Below, in pieces: positions 32,009 through 41,932 of a DNA stretch of 64,000 nucleotides. This stretch comes from an uncultured Gemmatimonadales bacterium (GTDB taxonomy: Bacteria; Gemmatimonadota; Gemmatimonadetes; Palauibacterales; Palauibacteraceae). Location: positions 64,001 through 128,000 of the forward strand of contig CAWANJ010000002.1 of assembly GCA_963783385.1 (NCBI GenBank), given 5' to 3'. The notes beneath the pieces were generated by a model, which saw only the letters and a list, made by a program, of their open reading frames with translations, made no database searches and was not told where the DNA came from. The number at the start of each line of letters is the position of its first letter. Position 1 is the stretch's first letter. Position numbers and translations under genes: made by a program.

Positions 32009-33114
32009 CTAGGCGGACCGTTCCTCAGGGGTGCGCGCCGGCAGAGCGGAGGACGTAACGGTGGGATCTGGGGAGCGAGGATTGGGAACAAGCCGTCCGG
32101 GCAGTCTCGGCGTCGGGGGGCGCGGGTCCACCCGGCGGATGGCGTAGCCGACGTTGGGCAGCGGGTGGGCGAAAACGTGGGATACGGCCCAGCCGCAAAT
32201 GCAGCGCTGGCATTCGAGGCCGAACATTGATTTGGCCTCGGCGCTGGCGACGGACGCTTCGAGGATTCCGGATACAGGCCGTTCGAGGACATTCCCGAGC
32301 GGTTCCTTCTGGTAGCATCCGAGCGTGAGATCGCCGTTGGAGCGAATGAGAATCGAGATGAATCCGTGCACACAATGACGCATTGGATAGCGCCTATGAA
32401 GCAGGTACTCCCTGCAGCCGTCAGCGAGCGATGCGGAAGATATCCTGCTTCGACCAGTGCCTGCAGAACCCTTTCCACGTCCTTCTCGGTGGGCCAGAGA
32501 GCGTGGATGCCCTCTCGCGCCGCGGAGGAGCTGGCGTAAGGCAGATCGAACGATGGGAGGTTCACATCGAGGAGGTAGTTCCTGGACTTGCAGATCTGGA
32601 TGAGACCGTGAATATCGCTCGCCAGCTGGTTGGTGAGCAGGGTGGCTAGCTTGATGCGCTTGTCCTGGATCAGGGTCAGGTTCCGCAGGACGCGATCGAA
32701 GTAACCGGGTACGCCGCGGATCGCATTGTTGGTATCTGCGAGGTCGTCGATTGACACCGTCAGGTTGGTAATGCACGAGCGGTTGACTTCGCCCGCGAAC
32801 CGATCGAGGAGCAACCCGTTGGTGGCCAGTATGATTCGTTCGAACCCAAGTGGCGCCGCGTGTTCCAGAACGGCGAAGAGATCCCTGCGGAGGAGAGGTT
32901 CGCCTCCGAGGAAGCGGAGGGTACCGACACCCAGCTGCCGGAGTTCTTCGACTAGCGTCTCGGCGCGCTCCTGTGTGATCGGACTCGGGTTGCTTGTTCG
33001 CCAGTAGTCACACATACGGCAGCGTGACTGGCAGTTTTCGGTGAGGTTGACGGTCGCGACGTGCGGCTTCAAGTGTTTCGGAGGCTCGTCGCATTCCCGA
33101 CGACCGTGGACCAT
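32009..33114 (-). CDS. Radical SAM enzyme with SPASM/twitch-like C-terminus (cargo 2), frameshift near 32420
   Basis: NCQSRCRMC (CX3CX2C), FLGGEPLLR, ATNG, VSIDD..IRGVPGYF; second frame CVHG..IRSNGDLTLGC..LGNV..CQRCICG; the true start may be the ATG at 33140 via another frameshift. Confidence 0.88.
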
Positions 33115-33473
33115 AGAAGTCGGGCTTCGTAGAGACCCATGCGCACATTAGACCTTCGGCGGGAGTTCGACACGAACCGACGCGGACCCGCTACGTGGGG
33201 CGGCCGGTATCGAGCCGCGAGGCGTCCAACGTTGCCTTCGAGCTGCAAGGTTTCTGCCGAGCGGCGTCTGTGCGACGCAAGTCATGATAGATCAAGGAGA
33301 TGGTCGGGATAGCATCGCCTCTGTCGGCCCGTCGCGCAGGAGTCTTTTTCGAGAACTGTCGCCATGGCGCTACGGCGCCCCGGTAACACTGGAGTCGGCT
33401 GGAGCCGGGTTCTGGAGCGGTGGAGTCCAGCGTCCGCCGAAGGATCGTCCGTCTCGTGCGGCGGGCCCGTGGC

Positions 33474-34150
33474 TCACGCCGTCGCCCGCTCCAGCAGTTT
33501 CCGCCGCCTGGCGAGCTCCCTCCGGAACTCCTTCGCCCGGCGTACCTGCTCCAGGAGCTCCCGGAGGGCTTGGACGCGGCCACGGAGCAGGGACCCGGCC
33601 AGCGCCCTGAGCACCGGAGCGACCTCGTCCCGGCCCCAGTAGTAGTGCGGCAGCGCCTCCACGTCCCTGGCCCGCCACCAGCGCTCCAGGCCCGGACCGG
33701 CGCCCCGGCGGAAGTAGTAGCGCTCCTTGATCGTGCCGCGGACCTTGCCGACCGGCTCCCGGTCCTCGATGAGCGAGGCCGTGACCGGGTCCCGCGACAG
33801 GCTTTCGCGCAGGGCTTCCAGCGGACGATGGCGCCACGTTCGGCCCCTCGGCATGGACGCCGACCGCCCGGTCTCCGTCGAACACGACCTCCGTGACCCG
33901 CGTTCGGTCCCGCAGCTCGGCGCCCGCCTCGACCGCCGTCCGCTGCAGGATCCCGTCCAGCCGCTCGCGTCGCGGGCAGCACTCGACGCGTCCCTCGCCG
34001 AAGCCGGTGTCCACGCAGGCGTCACCCTTGCCAATGCGGGCGCGCCGGGCCGGGCGCACCTCCGCCAGCACGTCCCCGGCCACCCCCAGCTCGGCGAGCA
34101 TGTCGAAGTGGGGTCGGGCCACAGGTCGTCCTGGCCGAACGTCGAGCGAA
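33474..34150 (-). pseudogene. FAD-dependent oxidoreductase (geranylgeranyl reductase/monooxygenase-like) remnant with several internal deletions
   Basis: LAELGV, CPRRERLDGILQRTAVEAGAELRDRTRVTEVVFDGDRAVGV, YFRRGAGPG, ERWWRARD are present; the GxGxxG, ADG and LVGDA motifs are missing; about 0.65 kb in total. Confidence 0.7.
33514..34111. repeat. Repeat B copy 2
   Basis: See 31087..31684. Confidence 0.95.
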
Positions 34151-34191
34151 CGGATCTCCTTCGGCGAAGGTCGAGAGAGCGGCGCCGCGGC

Positions 34192-34902
34192 CTACACTAC
34201 GGCGCCGAACAGACGGCCAATGGCGGCGGTGACCGCCATGGCGAAGGCGCCCCAGAAGGTGACGCGCAGGACGCCGCGGACGATGGGGGCACCGCCGGCC
34301 CCGGCCGCCAACCCCCCGAGCAGGGCCAGGCAGGCCAGCGACACGGCCGATACACCGACGACGAGCCCGGAGGGGGAAAGCACGGCGGCCGTCACCAGCG
34401 GCAGCGCCGCTCCCGCGGCGAAGGTGGCGGACGAGGCGGCGGCCGCCTGGACGGGACGGGCCCTGTGCACCGTCGAGATGCCGAGCTCGTCCCGGGTGTG
34501 CGCGCCCAGCGCGTCCGTCGCCATGAGCTGGTCCGCGACCCGGCCGGCGAGCTCGGGGTCGAGCCCGCGCTTCACGTAAATGGAACGCAGTTCCTCGCGC
34601 TCGGGTCCGGGCATCGCCTCCAGCTCACGGCGCTCGCGGGCCACGTCGGCCCTCTCCGTATCGGCCTGGGAGCTGACGGAGACGTACTCGCCGGCCGCCA
34701 TCGACATGGCCCCCGCCACGAGTCCCGCCACGCCCGCGACCATGATGCCGCTCCGGCTCGCGTCGGCGGCCGCCACGCCCACGAGGAGGCTGGCCGTGGA
34801 TACAATGCCGTCGTTGGCGCCGAGGACGGCCGCGCGCAGCCAGCCAATGCGCCCGCTGCGGTGGCGCTCGGCGTGGCGGGCGAGCGGGTTGCGCGGGCTC
34901 AT
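34192..34902 (-). CDS. VIT1/CCC1 family Fe/Mn transporter
   Basis: WLRAAVLGANDGIVS, AMSMAAGEYVSVSSQ, HTRDELG. Confidence 0.95.
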   Translation of the reverse strand: MSPRNPLARHAERHRSGRIGWLRAAVLGANDGIVSTASLLVGVAAADASRSGIMVAGVAGLVAGAMSMAAGEYVSVSSQADTERADVARERRELEAMPGPEREELRSIYVKRGLDPELAGRVADQLMATDALGAHTRDELGISTVHRARPVQAAAASSATFAAGAALPLVTAAVLSPSGLVVGVSAVSLACLALLGGLAAGAGGAPIVRGVLRVTFWGAFAMAVTAAIGRLFGAVV

Positions 34903-34941
34903 GCGGCTTCCATCAAGGAGCTGGCCGGGCGCGGTCGGTGA

Positions 34942-36105
34942 TCACGGCTTCTCCTTCACCATCACCTCGACCGTGGCGCGCGTGCGCTCCCACGCGAAGG
35001 CAATGGAGCCCTCGCCCGCCTCGCCACCCGCCACCGTGACGGTGAAGCGCTCGACGGGCCGGTCCGAGCGCGTCACGGTGAGCGGCACCCGGACGAGGTC
35101 CTGGTCCGGGTCGTACTCGGTGCCCCACTGACCGTGCTGGCGGTTGATGATCAGGGTCCAGCCGTCCCGCTGTGGGATCGCCCACAGCGAGTAGCTGCCG
35201 GCCGGAACAGGCTGGTTTCCGATCACCAGGTCGTGGTCGGTGATGAGCTGGGTGGCCGCGTTCGCGCCGATGCGCCACACCTGGCCGTAGGGGACGATGC
35301 CCCCGAAGACCCTGCGGCCGCGCATCGACGGACGGCCGTAGTCCACCGAGACCGTGGCGCTCCCGATCTCCGCGCTCGCGGTGTCCCGCGGGGAGAGCGA
35401 TCCTGGCTGTGGCCGGGTCGCCCAGGCCCTCTCGTGGGCCGCCAGGTCCACGGATGGCACGCGCTCGACGGCGTACTTGGTCGTGCTCCCCGTCATGTCG
35501 AAGGCCTTCACGGTCCCGTCGGCCCCGAGATCCGCGCGGCCGCTCCCCCACTCGTCGGCGCTGAAGTCCACGGCGGAGGGGCCGGCGCGGCGGAAGGTGA
35601 TGGGCAGCAGGCTCCGGCCCGCCAGCGTCTGGACGGTGGCGGTGTCGGCCGATCCCGCCGCGAAGCGGCGCGCGGCCACGTCCCAGAAGGCGAACAGGTC
35701 CTCGAAGAAGGGCAGAGGCCGGTCGCCGCCCGTGGCCACCGCCAGGCGGCGCGTCGTGCTGTCGCGGCGGACCTCGACCCTGACGCTGTCCGCCCCGTAG
35801 GCGTAGTCGGCGACGGTCGAGGGCGCCGCGCCCGCCGCACCCACTTCCAGGTGCAGGTGCCGGATGCGGCCGTCGGCTCCGAACACGGCGCGGTACGATC
35901 GGACGCGGGCGGTCGGGTAGGCCGTGAGGCTCGAGCCCGACAGCGTGTCTCCCGTCCAGGCGTAGCTTTCGAAGGCGACCGTGTCCCGGCCGAGCGTGGC
36001 CACGAACGAGCCGTTCGGCGGGGCCTGGGCGGCGGCGGGCGCCGAGAGGCCGACCAGAAGGACGACGCCGAGCGACGGAAGGCGGGTCCGCGTGTGCGAG
36101 GGCAT
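34942..36105 (-). CDS. Secreted DUF2911 domain protein
   Basis: LSPRDT, VDYGRPSMRGRRVFGGIVPYGQVWRIGANAAT, VPAGSYSLW, QWGTEY. Confidence 0.92.
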   Translation of the reverse strand: MPSHTRTRLPSLGVVLLVGLSAPAAAQAPPNGSFVATLGRDTVAFESYAWTGDTLSGSSLTAYPTARVRSYRAVFGADGRIRHLHLEVGAAGAAPSTVADYAYGADSVRVEVRRDSTTRRLAVATGGDRPLPFFEDLFAFWDVAARRFAAGSADTATVQTLAGRSLLPITFRRAGPSAVDFSADEWGSGRADLGADGTVKAFDMTGSTTKYAVERVPSVDLAAHERAWATRPQPGSLSPRDTASAEIGSATVSVDYGRPSMRGRRVFGGIVPYGQVWRIGANAATQLITDHDLVIGNQPVPAGSYSLWAIPQRDGWTLIINRQHGQWGTEYDPDQDLVRVPLTVTRSDRPVERFTVTVAGGEAGEGSIAFAWERTRATVEVMVKEKP

Positions 36106-36261
36106 GGGTCCTCCCCGAAGCGTGGTGAAGCTCACCCTAGTGTGCCCCAGGAACGACGGCAACCGGCCCGTGGATCCCGCGGCGAGCACGTCGGAAGCAG
36201 GTCCGGTCCGCGCCGCCCGTCCACGCCACGGCCGGGGTGCCGTCCCGCCCGCGACTCCGCG

Positions 36262-37236
36262 CTACTGGTGCCCCTGGACCTCCCGCGGGCGGTAGGGGGC
36301 CTCGAGCCGCTCGATCTCCGCCTCGTCCAGCTCGAGGTCGAGCGCCTCCACGGCCTGCTCGAGATGGGGCATCTTCGTGGCGCCGACGATCGGCGCGGTC
36401 ACGCCCTCCTGCGCCAACAGCCAGGCGAGCGCCACCTGGGCGCGCGTCGCGCCGCGCTCCTCGGCCACCTCGCCCACCGCGCGCTGGATGGCCTCGCGCT
36501 CGGGGAAGTCGTACATGCGGCGCGAGAAGTCGTCCGTCTCGCCGCGCTCGGTGGCCTCGCGCTCGGCCGGCGGACGGGCCAGGTAGCCCCGAGCCAGCGG
36601 GCTCCACGGCACCATGCCGATCCCGTCCTCGCGGCACAGGGGCGCCATCTCCCGCTCCTCCTCGCGGTACAGGAGGTTCCAGTGGTTCTGCATGGACACG
36701 AACCGGGTCCAGCCGTTCATGTCGGCCACGTGCTGGGCGCGCGCGAACTGATACGCGTACATGCTCGAGGCGCCGATGAAGCGCACGTAGCCGGCGCGCA
36801 CGCAGTCGTGCAGCGCCTCCATGGTCTCCTCGATGGGCGTCCCGTAGTCCCAGCGGTGGATCTGGTACAGGTCAATGTAGTCGACATCGAGGCGGCGGAG
36901 GGAGTCGCGCACCGAGTCCAGGATGTGCTTCCTCCCCAGCCCGCCCCGGTTGGGCCGGTCGGCGTGGGGAAAGTAGACCTTGGTCGCGATCACGACCTCG
37001 TCCCGGCGGGCCATCTCACCGAGGAGCTTCCCGGTCACCTCCTCGCTCACGCCGCGTGAATACATGTCGGCCGTGTCCAAGTAATTGATCCCGAGCTCGA
37101 GGGCTCGCTCCACGAACGGGCCGGCGTCCTCCTCCCCCAGGACCCAGGAGCGCCACTCCGGGTCGCCGTAGCTCATCATCCCGAGGCACAGGCGCGAGAC
37201 CTCGAGGCCGGTGTCGCCGAGCTTCACGTACTCCAT
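36262..37236 (-). CDS. Aldo/keto reductase
   Basis: LGDTGLEVSRLCLG, DTADMYSRG, IATK, DLYQIHRW, PWSPLARG, PIVGATK. Confidence 0.95.
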   Translation of the reverse strand: MEYVKLGDTGLEVSRLCLGMMSYGDPEWRSWVLGEEDAGPFVERALELGINYLDTADMYSRGVSEEVTGKLLGEMARRDEVVIATKVYFPHADRPNRGGLGRKHILDSVRDSLRRLDVDYIDLYQIHRWDYGTPIEETMEALHDCVRAGYVRFIGASSMYAYQFARAQHVADMNGWTRFVSMQNHWNLLYREEEREMAPLCREDGIGMVPWSPLARGYLARPPAEREATERGETDDFSRRMYDFPEREAIQRAVGEVAEERGATRAQVALAWLLAQEGVTAPIVGATKMPHLEQAVEALDLELDEAEIERLEAPYRPREVQGHQ

Positions 37237-37330
37237 GCGCTCCCCGCTCCCCTATTGTCTACAAGTGTAGTCGATCTCCGGCGATGACCCGGCGGCCCGC
37301 GCGGTTGGCCGGCCGCGCCCGCAGGTGGGA

Positions 37331-37344
37331 GCAAGGTTGGTGCC
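37331..37344 (-). promoter_or_regulatory. Sigma54 (-24/-12) promoter candidate for the aldo/keto reductase
   Basis: Minus strand GGCACCAACCTTGC, GG-N10-GC spacing, about 95 bp upstream of the ATG at 37236. Confidence 0.55.
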
Positions 37345-37380
37345 CGTTCTACGGGAGGACCCCGCGGCGGGCCGCCGCGA

Positions 37381-37410
37381 GCCCGGCGGGAAGATCCTCC
37401 CCCGCCGGGC
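37381..37410 (-). terminator. GC-rich hairpin downstream of the ompA-like gene
   Basis: Perfect 10-bp stem GCCCGGCGGG / CCCGCCGGGC with a 10-nt loop; no clear U tract. Confidence 0.45.
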
Positions 37411-37427
37411 CCGGGCGAGTCAGGCCG

Positions 37428-38741
37428 TCACTGCTTGACCAGCTCGACCCGGCGGTTGTTCTGACGTCCCTCGGGCGTGGCGTTCGTGTCGACCGGCTTC
37501 GTGTCGCCGAAGCCCTTGGTGGCGAGCCTCGCCGCGTCGACGTGGAAGTGGTCCACCAGGTATCGCTTGACGGCGGCGGCCCTGCGCTCCGACAGGGTCT
37601 GGTTGGACGCGGCGTCGCCCACGTTGTCCGTATGTCCCTCGATGAGGAGCTTCAGGTCGGGGTGCCCGGTCAGCATGTCCCCGATCTCCTTCAGGGTGGG
37701 GGTGGACTCGCCCTCGATCCGGTCCGAGCCCGAGGCGAACAGGATGCCGTGCGTCGAGACGCGGCCGGCGGAGGCCAGCGCGTCGTACAGCGGCTTGCCT
37801 CCCTCGGCCACCCGGATGTCCGTGAGGAGCGTCGGGTGCTGCTCGTCCGGGGCCGCCGGGAGCCTGACCTGGAGCTGGTTCGTCCGGGTGAACACGAGGC
37901 CGTTGAGCTGGCCGACGCGCCGCGAGTCGAGGTACGCCTTCACGTAGCCCTTGTCGAAGCTGAACCGGCACTGCACGAAGTCGTTGTCGCCGATGCCGGT
38001 CACGTCCTGCTCGGAGTGCTTCTGCCCGTGCGCACCCTCGCCCTCGACGCCGCCCGACGCGTGGTAGCACCACACGTCCATGGGGTGGTCGGTGCCCTGT
38101 CCGAGGCGGATGACCATGGAATTCGTGCCGCTCGTCGGAGCCCAGTAGGTGGCCTCGATCGTGAACCGGTCCGGGAGCGTGTCCGGCAGGTCGATCCAGA
38201 AGGTGGCGCCGGTCGTGGTGTGCAGGTACTTGTGCCCCTTGATCTCCACGACGCTGGCGTTGCCGTCGGTGACGTCCTCGTGGCTCGGGAGATCGCCGAC
38301 GTGGTCGGCGGAGAAGTCGTCGAAGAAGATCACCTTGTCGCCGGGCACGAAGTCGTAGTTGAGCCACACACCGCTCCCGGGCGGGGCGCTCGAGTCGGAC
38401 GCCGCGCCGGCCGAGCCGGCGGCGGAGCCGCCCGGCTTCCCCTGCAGGTCGGGTTGGTCGGCGACCGGCTTCCCGGACTTGTCCACGTACTTGACCTGCT
38501 TGCCGGCGGCGTGCACCCGGTCGATGCAGTTCGTGTCGGTGACGCGGCACGTGATCACGTCCTCGCCGGTGGCGAGCAACGAGTCGATCGCCTGGTCGGA
38601 GAGGTCTCCGACCTGCTGCTCGGCCGCGTCGGAGGCTTTCTGCTTCAACTTCTTGAAGATCCCCTGTCCGTGGGCGGGCAATGCGAGGCCCAGGGCGAGC
38701 ACGGCGACGGCGGTGAGCGAACGGGCGAGGATTCGGTTCAT
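37428..38741 (-). CDS. OmpA family protein
   Basis: Signal ending AHGQ; YDFVPGDKVIFFDDF; GILFASGS, IEGHTDNVG, LSERRAAAV, NNRRVEL. Confidence 0.93.
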   Translation of the reverse strand: MNRILARSLTAVAVLALGLALPAHGQGIFKKLKQKASDAAEQQVGDLSDQAIDSLLATGEDVITCRVTDTNCIDRVHAAGKQVKYVDKSGKPVADQPDLQGKPGGSAAGSAGAASDSSAPPGSGVWLNYDFVPGDKVIFFDDFSADHVGDLPSHEDVTDGNASVVEIKGHKYLHTTTGATFWIDLPDTLPDRFTIEATYWAPTSGTNSMVIRLGQGTDHPMDVWCYHASGGVEGEGAHGQKHSEQDVTGIGDNDFVQCRFSFDKGYVKAYLDSRRVGQLNGLVFTRTNQLQVRLPAAPDEQHPTLLTDIRVAEGGKPLYDALASAGRVSTHGILFASGSDRIEGESTPTLKEIGDMLTGHPDLKLLIEGHTDNVGDAASNQTLSERRAAAVKRYLVDHFHVDAARLATKGFGDTKPVDTNATPEGRQNNRRVELVKQ

Positions 38742-38977
38742 GGTGGACGCCCTCCGGGGCTGTTGCGGGTCGTGGCCGTGGCGGCGTACCCAGTGGCGGA
38801 GACGCCTGCCGCGGCCGTGGCTCGCGCGCACCTTGCCGCGAACCCCCCTCGTGTCGTTTCTTTGAGACGGCGAAGGGCGGCCGTATCCGGAACGGGCCGG
38901 ACCCGGCTGCCTCCGCTCGTCCGTCCGGTTCACGGTGCCAGGGGCGGGTCAGACCCCCCTCAACCGATGTCAAACGC

Positions 38978-41903
38978 TTGAGCGACCAAGATTTCAGGCT
39001 CCTGACGCTGGGTGGGGATGGAACTGCTGGGCCCGGATGGCGAGCGGGTCGCGCCCCTCTCGCGTCGGCCCCGCAAGCTCGCGCTCCTCACGGTTCTGGC
39101 CCTGGCGCCACGCCCCGTGGCGCGCGACGCGCTGGCCGAGATGTTCTGGGGTGGGAAGGCCCAGCGGCGGGCCCGGCACTCGCTCAGTGATGCCCTCTCC
39201 GAGATCCGCCGGGTGTTGGGACCTGGATCCGTGGAGACCCGGGGCGACACGGTGGCCCTGGCCGCGACCGCGCCTCTCGAAGTGGATGCCCTGCTGTTCG
39301 AGGCTTGCTGCGGAGTCGAGGACTGGGCGCGGGCGACCGCGCTGTACGGCGGCTCCTTCCTGGACTGCGTCTTCATCGGGGATGCGCCGAGCTTCGAGAC
39401 CTGGTCGAGCGGCCACGCCGCGCGGCTCGAGCGCATGTTCGCGGCGGCGTGCGAGGCCCAGCTGGAGCGGCTCGGGAAGGCGGGTCGGTGGGAGGCGTCC
39501 GCCGCGCTGGCGAGCCGCTGGCTCGCGGCCCAGCCCCTGGCGCCCGAGCCGGCGCTGCGGCTCCTGGCCGCCCTTCGGGCGCCCGCGACGCCGGCGGCCG
39601 AGCGAGCGGCCCTGGACGCGCACGACCGGCTGGCCGCGCGACTTCTCCGGGAGTACGATCGCGCGCCCGATCCCCGTGTCCTCGCGGTCGCGGCCGAGGT
39701 CCGCCGCGCCCTGGCGGCACCCCCCGAAGCGCCACCGGCGGCTTTCCCGCTGTCGGCCCCGGCGCCCGCGAGCGCAGCCGCCGCGCCCGCGCCGTCCACC
39801 GGCGATGGAGGCGCGTCGCGTCGCGGCCGCCGGCGCGCGGGCGGCGCGCCCCGCCGCTGGCTCGGAGCGATCGGTCTCGTCGGCCTGCTGTCGCTGGGCG
39901 TCACCGGCTGGGAGCTGGCCCGACCCGGGCACGGGCCAGCGGCGCCCGCTCGTCCTCTCGTGGCCGTCCTCGACATCCGGGACCTTCTGGGCGACACGGC
40001 CGCGTCGTGGGTCGGCGAGGGACTGACTCAGATGATCGCTTCCGACCTGTCTCGAAGCCCGGCGATCGAGGTCGTGGCGCCCGAGCGAGTTCGCCGGGCC
40101 GGGGAATCCGTGGCCGGCGTCGACGGGACCGGGCTCAGGGAGTCCCCGTCCGCACGTGTGGGCCGGGCGTTGGGGGCGAGTTGGGTGTTGACCGGCGGCC
40201 TCACCCGCGGCGACACGACCTACGTTCTGGACGTCGATCTGCACGAGGTCGAAACCGGACGGTCGCTGGGGCTCTTCACGGTCACGGGCAGGACCCTGCC
40301 GGCCCTCGCCGACCGTGCGTCCGCTCGCGTGATCGCGGCCGCGGATGGCCGCGAGCCGGGGCCTCACCTCGCCGACGTGGAAACCGGCAGCCTCGAGGCC
40401 TACCAGCACTTCGTGCGGGCGGAGCAGGCGCTGGGCGAGGGGCGGGAGGTGGAGGCGCGAGCCGAGCTCGACCGCGCCATCGCCCTCGATTCGGGCTTCG
40501 TCTCCGCCCTCGCCGAGCGCATGCGCATCGCCTGGGGGGAGGCGGATGGCCTCACGCTGGGTCGTCTCTCGGGAGCGTTCGGGCGAGCGAGAGGGAGGGC
40601 GACTACGTGGGATCGGCTCGAGCTGGACACCTACGCCGCGGTGCACGGGGGCGATCCGTGGCGAGGCGAGGCACGCGCCCGGGAGCTCCTGGCGCGGTAT
40701 CCGCACGATCCCCGTGCCTACGTCATTCTCGCCGGTGTGCTGCAGGACCTGGGGGACTGGTGGGCGGCCGACTCGGTGCTACACCGGGAGCTGGCTCTCG
40801 ACTCGACCGGCGCGCGAGGCTCGGGGCGAGCGTGCGCGCCGTGCTCCGCCTTCGGGGGGCTCGCGACGGATGCGATCCAGGAGGGACGGCTGTCGGCGGC
40901 CGAGCGGGCGGCGCGCTCGTGGGTGACCGCCAGGCCCTATCTGCCGGCGGCATGGTCGGCGCTGGCCTCGACCCTGGCGGCCGAGGGCGCGTTCGACAGG
41001 GCCCTGGAAGCGGCGCGCAGGGCACGGACGCTCGCGCCGGCCGATCCGGTCTATGGGGACCACCTGGTTCGCGTGCTGCTGGCCGCGAGACGCTACACGG
41101 CCGCCGACACGGCGATCGCGCGCATGAGCCGCGCGACCGACCGGCAGACTCGTGACGACGCGATCGACCTGAGGGCGCTGCTCGAGCGCGAGCGCGGCCA
41201 GCTTCGGGCCTCGGTCCGCACGCTCGAGGCCGGGCGACGCGAAGATCCGCGGGGGCTGGGGATCCTCGGGTTCGAGGAGGCGAGCAGCCTCGCGGAGCTG
41301 GGTGACTACGCCGCCGCCGTGCGGGTCGACGAAACGCTCACCCGCGGTGAGCCCGGCTCGGCCGCGCCGGACAGTTCCGTCACACCGGTCAGCGGGCTGG
41401 TGGGAGGGCGTGCCAGGGCGTTCTGCTGGAGCCACGCGCTCGAGGCGGAAGCGCTGGCGGGTTCGGACGATACGCTTCGCCTCCACGCCCTGGCGGACTC
41501 GATCGGACAGGCCGCGTCGCGGAGCTACTATGGCCGGGACCGGGTGCTCTCCTACCACGTTCTCGGTCTGATCGCCGAGATCGGAGGGCGTCTCGCCGAG
41601 GCGGAACGGGACTTCCGCCGAGCGAAGTGGGGCTACGCGGGATGGACGTCGACGCTCGTGCACCTGGCGCGGGTTCAGCTCCAGCTGCACGACCCGGACG
41701 ACGCGGTCGAGACGCTGCGCGAGGCCTACGCCGCGCCCCTGGACGCCATGGGGCGCTACGTGCCTCGAAGCGAGCTAGACCTGTGGATGGCGCAAGCGTT
41801 CCGCGCGGCGGCCCGTCCCGACAGCGCCGCGGTCTACCGGGGCTACGTCGCGAGGGCGTGGCGACAGGCGGACCCCGAGGTCAGGGCCCGACTCGCGCGC
41901 TGA
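38978..41903 (+). CDS. SARP/BTAD transcriptional regulator with TM helix and extracytoplasmic TolB-like/TPR region; probable frameshift in the G-run near 39015
   Basis: FRLLTLGG/MELLG, LALLTVLAL, RDALAEMFW, ARHSLSDALSEIRRVLG, LYGGSFL; central TM; TGSLEAYQHF; TPR-like helices. Confidence 0.87.
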
Positions 41904-41932
41904 CGCTCGCGGCCTCGTCCCGCGGCTCGGCC

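Noticed and set aside
33277-33302. GCAAGTCATGATAGATCAAGGAGAT as a recombinase or dif-like site
   Set aside because: Weak dyad symmetry, single copy, not at a junction.
31087-34111. Repeat B as an IS or MITE forming a composite transposon
   Set aside because: No terminal inverted repeats, target duplication or transposase; it translates as an oxidoreductase remnant.
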